64,000 nt of DNA, from the IMG/VR virus record IMGVR_UViG_3300021431_000107, positions 1 through 64,000 of that record; one strand, written 5' to 3'. The notes below the pieces were generated by a model. It was not told the DNA's origin. It searched no databases and was given only the letters and a program-made list of their open reading frames with translations. The stretch's first letter is position 1, and each line of letters starts with the position of its first letter. Made by a program: the position numbers and the translations under genes. The stretch comes from a virus (taxonomy: Duplodnaviria > Caudoviricetes). Of the stretch, positions 30,401 to 39,134 are shown piece by piece.

Positions 30401-30890
30401 CCAATCAGTACTAAAAACACTGTCATGATAACCCCTATGTACTTCATTTAAAGCTCCTCCTCTTCCTTTTTATCCAGATTCTTATGTACTTTTTCGTTCT
30501 TAATCCATGCCTGATAAGGACGAATCAGCATATAAATAGCCGTGATTAGAACAATAGCACCAAACGTATAGTCATGATTTAGGTTCCAGGCACCTGCAAC
30601 GTATAAAATAGTAAACATACAGATGATATATTTAATCAGATTCATAGTTCACCTCCCATCTCCTTGTATTTTTCACCTAGCATTTTAAATAGCTTAAGCT
30701 CATAGTCCTCATCTTTCGGTGAGATAGTAAACGACGCCTTCTTGAATTTCCCATCGATTGTCCCATGCATACCGATTTCAAAGACTTCTCTCGTCTCAGA
30801 GAAATGAATCTGAATAGTAAGAGCAGGATAATTCATAAGAAACTCGAACAATACAAGCTCAAGTTCTACAGTCATTTTGTTACTTGCCAT
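27467..30890 (-). CDS. Small hypothetical genes, several zinc-finger-like (27850-28209, 28929-29276 DnaJ-type CxxCxGxG twice, 29346-29534, 29768-30115) and TM-bearing (28306-28635, 30253-30447, 30448-30645)
   Basis: ORF track, SD sites, Cys spacing and hydrophobic runs. Confidence 0.55.
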
Positions 30891-30969
30891 TTTGAGATCC
30901 TTTCGTTTCACTACAGAAAAAGAGAGACCCATCTTAATAGACAGGTCCCTCTGATGTTACTAGTGTCCT

Positions 30970-31827
30970 TCACGGTTTGACTGTTGGTCTGCCACTCCAG
31001 TCTAGAACTGTAACAGATATCTGATTTATCTTCGCTGTATTATACAAATGCGGTACAAGTGCAGAGGTCATTGATAACCCTCCAAATATAAATGCTTCTG
31101 CACATCCTACTTGTGGTAGACACATCTCCGCCAAGAACTCATTGTAAGTGAAGAACGGTTCCTGTCCAGATGCCAGTCTGGTATTCATATAATTACATAC
31201 TTCCATTATTGTCTTTTCATCAGATCGGAAAACCATCCCGGTCATATGGTCATAAAATACCTGTGATCCTCCACGAGCTTGAATTATTCCATCTGGCCAA
31301 TACTCGCCAACTTCGAAAAATGGATAGTCTCTTTCTACCTTATTTTGAGCAGCCTTCTCTTGAATCTCCTGCATCTTCTCCTCTCCGACTTCCTCTTTAG
31401 TCGCCTTGAAGAGATCCTGATACATTGCATCTGATACTATTGCTGCTTCATGCCATTTTGAGATAGCCTTACCAGCGTACACGGCCATTCCAATGTTGAA
31501 CCCTGCGGTTGCTGTTGCACAGATTACTACAGGAGCCGATACAACTACGAGTTCCTTAAGTGTGTGCCTTGTTGTCTTCTTTCTCTCCTCTGCCTTTTCC
31601 TCATCAGTGAGAAATGGATCATCATTTATCTCCTCGATTTCATGTCTCTTCTCCTCAAGAATCCTGTCAACTTTCGGTCTAGCCCTCCATGTGAGAACTA
31701 CAGTAGCCGCAAGTCCAATAGTGGACCCGATTACTGTTGTAGCAGTAGAGTGCTCCATCGCTTTCGCAAATATAACGTCTGCACCCTTTTTGATTGTTGA
31801 TGGTTTGAAGATGTCTAAGAATCCCAT
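30970..31827 (-). CDS. DUF6353-like membrane-anchored protein (paralog 2)
   Basis: STATTVIGSTIGLAATVVLTWRARPK; FFTYNEFLAEMCLP. Confidence 0.55.
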   Translation of the reverse strand: MGFLDIFKPSTIKKGADVIFAKAMEHSTATTVIGSTIGLAATVVLTWRARPKVDRILEEKRHEIEEINDDPFLTDEEKAEERKKTTRHTLKELVVVSAPVVICATATAGFNIGMAVYAGKAISKWHEAAIVSDAMYQDLFKATKEEVGEEKMQEIQEKAAQNKVERDYPFFEVGEYWPDGIIQARGGSQVFYDHMTGMVFRSDEKTIMEVCNYMNTRLASGQEPFFTYNEFLAEMCLPQVGCAEAFIFGGLSMTSALVPHLYNTAKINQISVTVLDWSGRPTVKP

Positions 31828-31863
31828 AAGTTTCTCCTTTCTCTTCTGTGTGTACTTGTTTCC

Positions 31864-31995
31864 TAAAAAAAAGAAGAAGGATTATTTACTTCGTCAAACC
31901 TTTCGCATCTTTTCCGGCATTGAGAACTTTCCAAAACGTTTTCACGTGTCTCAACCCTGATGCAAGTTCAGGTTATTAGAAGTAATATAATCCCT
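31864..31995 (-). ncRNA. Candidate rod-shaped phage sRNA (about 130 nt)
   Basis: Promoter motif 32000-32024; arms 31979-31999 and 31873-31892 pair (20 bp, one G-U, one bulge); inner stems AACCU/AGGUU, UUGCAUC/GAUGCGA, UUGAGA/UCUCAA, ACGU-GAAA-ACGU; followed by a U-tract. Confidence 0.6.
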
Positions 31996-32069
31996 CTTCA
32001 CTATACCCTCTGTAGTTTTTACGAGTTGCTGTACACTGACACGTTCTCTTTGTTCACGTATAGTTCATG

Positions 32070-32864
32070 CTATTCGCTATAAATCATGTCTTCTGGATTT
32101 TGAGTTGTCGGATCTACCTGATAGAATAGACACAGCGCTTCCATTCCAGTATCATCTGTATAGATATCCATGCACTTTTCAATCCAAGGACCTCCATAAT
32201 ACGACCAACAGTAGTCCTGAGATTCATTCTCCCAGTTCCATCCGATCTTATCACCAAGAGGTTTTGGTACTCCACCGATCATTTTGATGATGAAGTTGAG
32301 TCGAACGTCAAAGTCTTTAGCAAGCTTCTCATTTGCAGCAAGAAGAGCCCAGGCAATTCTTTCAGTTGACGTAACAATATACTGATCAGTATAAGGTTCG
32401 TAAACGAGAATCTTACCTGTCCCCTCACGAACTTCTCTGTACTGAGACGCTGTTGGCTTCTCTTTGCTTCTTTTAATCTGCTCCTTTACGGTTTCTTCAC
32501 GAATCTCATTCGCTTTCTCTTCTCCTACTACATCTTCCATCTTTTTATCGAGACCTACGAACTTATCTTTCCACATAGCAGCTACACCGGCAAGAGCTAC
32601 TTCTTTCCCAACGTGTATCCTATCAGACCCAATGATAGCTCCAATAGTTAAAGTAGCAGATAGTCCAGCTTTCCAGTAGCATTTTACATACTGCTTAATT
32701 TTCTCTTTAGTATCAAGATCCGGATCAATAGTCACATACGCCTGAACACCTGCCTTTGATGAGAGATAAGCAGTTGTTCCAACTCCAACACATGCGGCTG
32801 CTGCACAGATACTTCCTGATTTGTCCTTTAACAGGTTGAGTAAATTATCTATTTTGAACTTCAT
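32070..32864 (-). CDS. DUF6353-like membrane-anchored protein (paralog 3)
   Basis: DKSGSICAAAACVGVGTTAYLSSKA; VYEPYTDQY; IGWN. Confidence 0.55.
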   Translation of the reverse strand: MKFKIDNLLNLLKDKSGSICAAAACVGVGTTAYLSSKAGVQAYVTIDPDLDTKEKIKQYVKCYWKAGLSATLTIGAIIGSDRIHVGKEVALAGVAAMWKDKFVGLDKKMEDVVGEEKANEIREETVKEQIKRSKEKPTASQYREVREGTGKILVYEPYTDQYIVTSTERIAWALLAANEKLAKDFDVRLNFIIKMIGGVPKPLGDKIGWNWENESQDYCWSYYGGPWIEKCMDIYTDDTGMEALCLFYQVDPTTQNPEDMIYSE

Positions 32865-33015
32865 TCAGATTCCTCCTCATCGTATTTGAGATATGGTTTA
32901 ACGGTGCAGGTGTATGTATTAAGAAGATCAGTTAAACCATCAATTGCTGTTAGACAAGCCTTGATTCGTCTACTTGTATTTTCTCCAGTAATCTCATGCA
33001 GTGCTATATCGTTGG

Positions 33016-33872
33016 CTATATGCATTTGAAATTACCTTCTTTTTTATACGTGATATACGTGACCCACTTATCAATGACTGCTACTAATTCACGATACATA
33101 TCATTGTAAAATACTTTATCGTCATTAAGTGAAGCATTTCTTATAATGCGAATTTGTTTGTTCTTGTCGACTTTGATTTCATAGTTAGCAAAAATAAAGT
33201 CGCATATCATTTTAAGACTGTCGTCGATCTTCCAAATAGGACTGTGTGACATCTTTAACGCCTTCAGATTGTAAAAGCCCTTATTACAAAAATCTTTTTC
33301 TAAAAGTGTGCATAATTTTTTCGCCTGATACTCAGTGAAACAAACATTGCACTTGTATATTATATCGTTTTGCCTTACTTCTTTCTCTTCTTTAATTTTC
33401 TGCTCAAGAGCGATCAGTTCTTTGTCAGAAAAAGTTGTCAAATCAATCATTTTGAACCTCCTTTACTTTTATACATAATCCACTTGTCAATAACTGTCAG
33501 CATCTCCTGATACATATCGTTGTAGTCTTCTTTGTCATCAATTAAGAGACGAGAACCGTTTCTTCGAATCTTTTGATGTCCATATTTATCAGGGGCCATT
33601 TCAAAGTTATCGAAAACATAATCACAAATAATAAGAAGATATTTACTGATTGCATGAATCGGTTCATAGATATTATAGTTACTCTGCTTTACATCCACAC
33701 CATGCTCTTTAAGAACCTTAGTGAAATACTCTGTCATATCTTTATACTGCTCTTCTGATGGATGAATATTAGATTTATAGAGAAGTCCTCCCTGTCTCTT
33801 TTCTTTCTCTTCTTTGATCTTCTTCTCAAGATCAATCAGTTCTTTGTCAGTGAAAGCAGTTAAATCAGTCAT
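33016..33872 (-). CDS. Tandem paralog pair (33016-33450, 33447-33872)
   Basis: MIDLTTFSDKELIALEQKIKEEKE vs MTDLTAFTDKELIDLEKKIKEEKE; both end YNDMYxExxxVIDKW. Confidence 0.75.
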
Positions 33873-34239
33873 TTTGATCCTCCTCTTCGTCGTATTCGTC
33901 AATCTCACTAAACAGTCCGCCTACTTCTTCAATGCCTTCATACTCCGGTTTTACTCTGTTTGCCATCGATTCGTAATTTGACGGATAAATACAATCTTTG
34001 AGTTCGCACTCCTCATAGTAATCATCGATCTCGCAAGGTATGCCAACTTCGTCAAGAAGATACTTCGAAGGTTCAGAATATCCACAATATGCACACTCTG
34101 GATAGAATTCTGGATTATTCCACCTTTCAAATCCGTGTAAAGCGATTCTTTTAGCCCTCTCATAGTCCTTTTCATCTTCTACCTTAACGACAAAGCCAAT
34201 TCCTGGATTCGTATCACTAACAACGGCAAATGCTTTCAT
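33865..34239 (-). CDS. Hypothetical acidic protein
   Basis: GGAGGTTCAAAATG start. Confidence 0.6.
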   Translation of the reverse strand: MKAFAVVSDTNPGIGFVVKVEDEKDYERAKRIALHGFERWNNPEFYPECAYCGYSEPSKYLLDEVGIPCEIDDYYEECELKDCIYPSNYESMANRVKPEYEGIEEVGGLFSEIDEYDEEEDQND

Positions 34240-34250
34240 TTTGAACCTCC

Positions 34251-34499
34251 TTATCGATAAAGCCTAAAGATCCTGAGTTCCTCATCTGAAAACCCATCAA
34301 GATCTCCAACATCCAGTAAGATAAGCACCAAATCACGAATACTAAAAGACCCACGAGTAATCTTGTTGTTAAGAAGATTCACTGAGATGCCAAGAATCTT
34401 TGCCACGTCTTCTTTTGAATAATTCTGCATTTCCATTATCTTCTTAATGAGTAGTGTATCTGGTCTGTCACTAAATCTCTGAAACGTTGATTCGGTCAT
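34251..34499 (-). CDS. XRE-like HTH protein
   Basis: SKEDVAKILGISVNLLNNKITRG. Confidence 0.6.
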   Translation of the reverse strand: MTESTFQRFSDRPDTLLIKKIMEMQNYSKEDVAKILGISVNLLNNKITRGSFSIRDLVLILLDVGDLDGFSDEELRIFRLYR

Positions 34500-34583
34500 T
34501 TTGATCTCCTTTCACTAACCGTCAGTAATTGGAAAAAGAAAGAGGGACTGTGAACCTTCTTGTCACAATCCCTCTGCCTCAAA

Positions 34584-36007
34584 CTACTTAAGAAGTCCCA
34601 GATCGGCTAAGATCTGTGTGTAGGACTCGCCGTTATTAAACCTACGATCAACCTCAATCTGCTCATGACGAGTAAGAGGTCTTCTCGATAATACGTGTCT
34701 GCCCAGTCTGGTATCATAGAAGTCGACCAGCCTTCTTGTATCTTCAGCTCTTGTCTGCCGGTACTTAAACGCTTTATTACCAAGCGAAGTAACGGCTCCA
34801 ATGATAGCCATAGATTCAATAGGATGCTCAATCCCCCATTTTACCAGGTCATTGGCTTTCTGCTTTACTTTATCGAGCTTCTCCTTCCATTTCCGTTTCT
34901 GAGCCTCCATTTTGAAGTCATTAATGTCAACGGTTTTATTCTCCTCCATTTTTGATCTCCTTTCTTGAAACATCTAATAGTTCCATTATAGGAGTTGTTT
35001 TTGTTACGAGTTAACGATTATCGATCCTCTTTCCAGTGCAAAGTCTTTAGCCATTTTGAAGTCTCTTTCCGACAGAACATAGTGATTATTTTCCAGTCCG
35101 AAGATTGCTCCAAGACGACAGGCAACTTTGTCAATGCACTTAGGATAGATAGCACTCATGAACAGAGCTTCTCCTTTACTATCAGGTTTTACAAGAACTT
35201 CATGTGTCTCTTCAAGAAAACCAATCATGATATCGTCGTTGGAAGTTTTCTTAACCTGAGTAATAAGTCCATCTCTTTTGCAAGCAGATACAATACCTGC
35301 GATACAAAGTGCTGCTCCACCAATAATAGCTGCATAATCTTCAAATGTTCTTTTCATACCATCTTCTCCTTTCTCCTGTGCATATTAAGCCAGACATACA
35401 TCTGTGTCCGCAATCGCGCTAGAAGGGTAAGCGTCATTTTCGGCAAAGGTAATCTCCATCGCTTTTCCGAAAGGCGCACGATAAATGCGTATGGTATCGA
35501 ATACCCAATCTCGCTTAAAGGCATCATATGGGCAATTCTCTCTAGCTTCCTTTATAGCAAGATTAGCCGCTTCTTCTGATGGAAATATGCCGAACAAGTA
35601 TGTTTCTGTATCATCGTCCTTGATTCCGAATGGAAAACTATCGATAGTAACAACAAAAACATCTTTCATCATTTTGATCTTCTCCTTTTCATTCTCTCCA
35701 GAAATATAAGAGTCATTTAACATCACGGTTATACCCTATCTTCACAACAATACAGCAACCGTTCTCTTATAATTCGATTCATATAACTCATTTCTTCAAA
35801 CGAGGGGGATGATTGTTTTGATGCAATTTCCAGCGATTTCACGTACTCCTCCATAACATCATGATATTCTGCATATGAATTATTCTCTAAACGATTCCGC
35901 ACTTGTTTTTCAGTGGCTGGTATGTAAAAATCTTCTCTCATTGAAGCAATGCATCCACCGTCACCGCAGTAACAGGTACAACATGGTTTATCATTTGTTC
36001 CGCACAT
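34584..36007 (-). CDS. Small genes 34584-34949 (TM), 35004-35357 (TM), 35385-35672, 35729-36007 (Cys-rich)
   Basis: SD-led ORFs; promoter motif at 34985. Confidence 0.55.
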
Positions 36008-36023
36008 TTTTACCTCCTTTCAA

Positions 36024-36794
36024 TCATCTAGAACACATCATTTTAAAGCATTCCTCGTAGATATCTGCCTTCTGTTTCGTGAGTGCCATCTCCATGTCTG
36101 CTTCCGTGTAGATAGCATTAGGATTTGTAGCGGTCTCAACTACTTTCTCAGGAACCTTAACTTCAACAATCTTCTCAACCGGCTCAATACCGAGGAAAGA
36201 AGAAAGCTCATTCCTGATATCAGTGAGCATGGAAAGAGGAATATTCCAGCTTCTCTCAATGAAGTACTTGAGCGGCTTGTAGTAAAGTTTATGACAGGAG
36301 CTAATATTTCCATCTACATCGTTAGTGAAATATGGAGTACAAATAGCAAACGAGTCAGTCCACTCAACGGAAAGGATGATATACTTTTCAGTGGTTCCAT
36401 TACTTGACTTCACATCCCATACCTGTCCAGGAGCAAACTCTACTGTCTTCTTAAACTCAACTTTCTTAGGTTCAACATTGTTAATTGCCTTTGATGCTGT
36501 CAGATCCATATATCCCTCGTCGTTTCTATAATCTGGATATCTCGTTGATGCTACAACGATCTTCTCCTCTTTCTTAGGTGCTGGTATGTAATAGATCGCT
36601 CCACGTTCTTTAGCAATGCTTTCAGGATACTGCTGTTCGAGATTGTCTATGTCTCTATACAGCGTGTTATAAGAGATACTGAAAAGATTGAGTAAATCCT
36701 TTACTTTAAACTTTTTACCAGGATCTTCCTTAAGAATCTCATACAGCATCTGGCATCTTTCGTTAGCTTTTTCAACCTGAATAGTGTTCCCCAT
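36024..36794 (-). CDS. N-terminal winged-HTH protein with a second C-terminal domain
   Basis: FKVKDLLNLFSISYNTLYRDIDNL; RNDEGYMDLTASKAI; PGQVWDV. Confidence 0.6.
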   Translation of the reverse strand: MGNTIQVEKANERCQMLYEILKEDPGKKFKVKDLLNLFSISYNTLYRDIDNLEQQYPESIAKERGAIYYIPAPKKEEKIVVASTRYPDYRNDEGYMDLTASKAINNVEPKKVEFKKTVEFAPGQVWDVKSSNGTTEKYIILSVEWTDSFAICTPYFTNDVDGNISSCHKLYYKPLKYFIERSWNIPLSMLTDIRNELSSFLGIEPVEKIVEVKVPEKVVETATNPNAIYTEADMEMALTKQKADIYEECFKMMCSR

Positions 36795-37139
36795 TTTGAA
36801 TCCTCCCTTTTGAAATACGTTGCTTTGTGATATATGAGAGAAAAAAAGAAGGAGTCCATGTTAAGACTCCTTTTTCCTCCTTTCTTTAAATAACTCACTG
36901 CCAAATCCGACGGTCATGATGACCACGAACAGCATGCCAACAGCTGCTCGAAACCAGAATACGAATGGCTCGGTAACGTACTCATCAGCCCATCTGCCAA
37001 TTTCCGTCCCGAATGCCATCATAAACAGGCTCCACATAGTTAACATAAAAGTTCTGTTCATATCTTCGTCCTCCTTGATATAAGTTGATTTAATCTATCA
37101 TTATAGGAACTGAATTTTTTACGATTAGTTCACTACGTT

Positions 37140-37648
37140 CACACGGTCAAACTCGCAGACTCGTTTAACACGAAAAAGAAAGAGGCAACACTCATTACAT
37201 TCGTAAACGCCTATAAGAAAAGAAAGAGGCATTGAAGCCTCTCTCCGAAATGCTCTTTTATCGATTTTATCCACGCTCGCTGAACAATATATAAAGTCCA
37301 ACGGCGATGAGAATACATCCTAATAAAGTCATTCCGCAGATTCCTCCTTTGCCTCTTCTCTTTTAAGCGTTACGTACCGCTTCTTGAACGGGTTTTTAAT
37401 GAGTTTACGAGTTTCCTCAATCTCCTTCTCCAAATGTTTGGAGTCTGCAGTCGAGTATCCTGTAATATAACCCAGGACCCACTGTGCAAATCCAAATACG
37501 AGAATTCCGATGATACCTGCTACATTTCTCATCTTTCGTCTCCTTTCATAAAAACGTGTTAACGTATCCATTATAGGAGTTGATTTTTTTACGAAGATGT
37601 TCACTCCGCTCACACGGTCAAACTCGCAGACTCGTTTAACACGAAAAA
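37140..37648. repeat. 38-bp identical direct repeat (37140-37177 and 37611-37648), with variants at about 38668-38702 and 43725-43760
   Basis: cacacggtcaaactcgcagactcgtttaacacgaaaaa occurs twice, each time just upstream of a promoter motif. Confidence 0.85.
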
Positions 37649-38341
37649 AGAAAAAGCGACGCTCACTATCGTTCATAAGGTCTTTGAAAAAGAAAAGCCC
37701 TGGAAGTGCATAATAGCTACTCCCAGAGCCTTTATATTACCAGAGATCGTGAGCATCTTTAATAAGCTCAATCCAGTCCTCCATGTTAATAGTTCCCTGT
37801 TTCTCAAGTTTATCGTGTATCAAGATACGCAGCGTCTTGGACTCGTCGCAGTACTTGATGGCTTTCTGATAGTCATCGTTCGTGCGCCAGTACATAGCAA
37901 GAACGCTAAGTTCTAATACCACAAAAATGATAATTATAGTTCCTAACATATTGATTTCCTCCTTTAAAATAATCTATATTAAAAAAGAAGCTCACAATCT
38001 TCTCATAATATGCATTGTAAAGTTTACGATACGATAGGCAAAAATAGGAGCAGCTGTACAATTTGCTGCTCCGTCCTCCTTTCACATCATCCTTTGGATC
38101 TCTTCAATCTGATCCATCATCCTCTTGTTACTTCCGAGAAACATCTCGGTTAAATCGCTGAGTTCCTGACTGATATTATCCAGTCTCTGCTGGACATCAA
38201 TCATGTGCTCACGTTTAATCATAGAGTTGCTCTTTTTCACCTGATTTGATTTCTTCAACATTTTTAAATCCTCCTTATAGAACATAATGTGCTTATATCT
38301 CTATAATAGGAGGTGTAAATATTACGAATTGCTATATCTCG

Positions 38342-38622
38342 AAAGAAAAAAAACAGATTGTAGAGAATCCGTTCAACTTCCTTTTCCTTCAAAAGCTTAA
38401 TCTTTTTCAAGATCCTTCATCAATCTACAATAACCATAGGTGATTAGCCCTTAGGTCACTGTAATCAACAGTCTGCCTGGTAATATCCATTTTATCGATC
38501 GTCACATCGTCATATGCGGATATCTTACATTTTCGGTGCATCCAACCGCGACCTCGTTCTAGCTCACAGATTTGACTAATAATCTGCCGGTCCTTAACAT
38601 TCATATGATGAATATTACCTTT
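38342..38622 (-). ncRNA. Candidate multi-stem structured ncRNA (about 280 nt)
   Basis: Promoter motif 38629-38653, terminal U8 tract; stems 38608-38619/38479-38490 (12 bp), CAUAUG pair, GCAGAUU/AAUCUGU, CGGU/ACCG, ACUGU/ACAGU, 38424-38431/38357-38364 (8 bp), GAUCUU-GAAA-AAGAUU; only a weak-SD 59-codon ORF. Confidence 0.55.
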
Positions 38623-38740
38623 ATCTTCATTATAAGTGATGTAATTTTTACGATTGCTCAGTACCCTCGCACGGTCAAACTCGTTCCTCGTTTAACACGA
38701 AAATAAGAAGCCACTGTATATTTCACAGTGGCCTCATCTA

Positions 38741-38917
38741 TCACTCCTTTCTTTTCTTGAAACAGTATCCGATAATGGCTCCAATAACCAGTACCGGAAA
38801 CAGAATGGCAAAGATAGTTAAAGCAATCGGCCAAATGGCAGCCAAGATGCCTACAACAAGCGGCAGTGCAATCAGCGCCATAAGAGCGAGTGCCATAACA
38901 ATGATCATCTTAATCAT
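38741..38917 (-). CDS. 58-aa hydrophobic membrane protein (not in ORF track)
   Basis: GGAGGAG SD; MIKMIIVMALALMALIALPLVVGILAAIWPIALTIFAILFPVLVIGAIIGYCFKKRKE; own promoter and terminator. Confidence 0.7.
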   Translation of the reverse strand: MIKMIIVMALALMALIALPLVVGILAAIWPIALTIFAILFPVLVIGAIIGYCFKKRKE

Positions 38918-39032
38918 AATTGTCTCCTCCTTTATTTTGAGTAGTTATCGTTTACATTTCTTTCCATTATAGGAACTGTTTTTATTTCGAAAGAGAGAAG
39001 CCACTGTTTCATTTACAGTAGCTTCATGTCTT

Positions 39033-39134
39033 TTAAAACATCATACTTGCAACCCCATTGATAGTTGCGTTTGCAATACAAATCTGGGCGAAGGTTCCTC
39101 CAAAGAACCATCCACCGATATATCCAAACAACAT
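39033..39134 (-). CDS. 33-aa hydrophobic peptide (not in ORF track)
   Basis: GGAGG SD; MLFGYIGGWFFGGTFAQICIANATINGVASMMF; promoter motif at 39168. Confidence 0.55.
   Translation of the reverse strand: MLFGYIGGWFFGGTFAQICIANATINGVASMMF

Noticed and set aside
31946-31975. Hammerhead or twister-sister ribozyme (plus-strand CUGAUGCAAGUUCAG, T-loop-like)
   Set aside because: The core is CUGAUGC rather than CUGAUGA, no matching GAAA or flanking conserved loops occur on that strand, and wobble pairs and the promoter favour the minus strand.
38440-38560. Group I intron core (AAGAUAU, AUCCGCA, AGACUG look-alikes)
   Set aside because: The elements are in the wrong order, with no room for P3/P8 and no interrupted gene.
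37140-38702. CRISPR-like array from the 38-bp repeats
   Set aside because: Only two identical copies, about 470 bp apart, with genes between them; no regular spacers and no cas genes. The Cas4-like nuclease sits in the replication operon.
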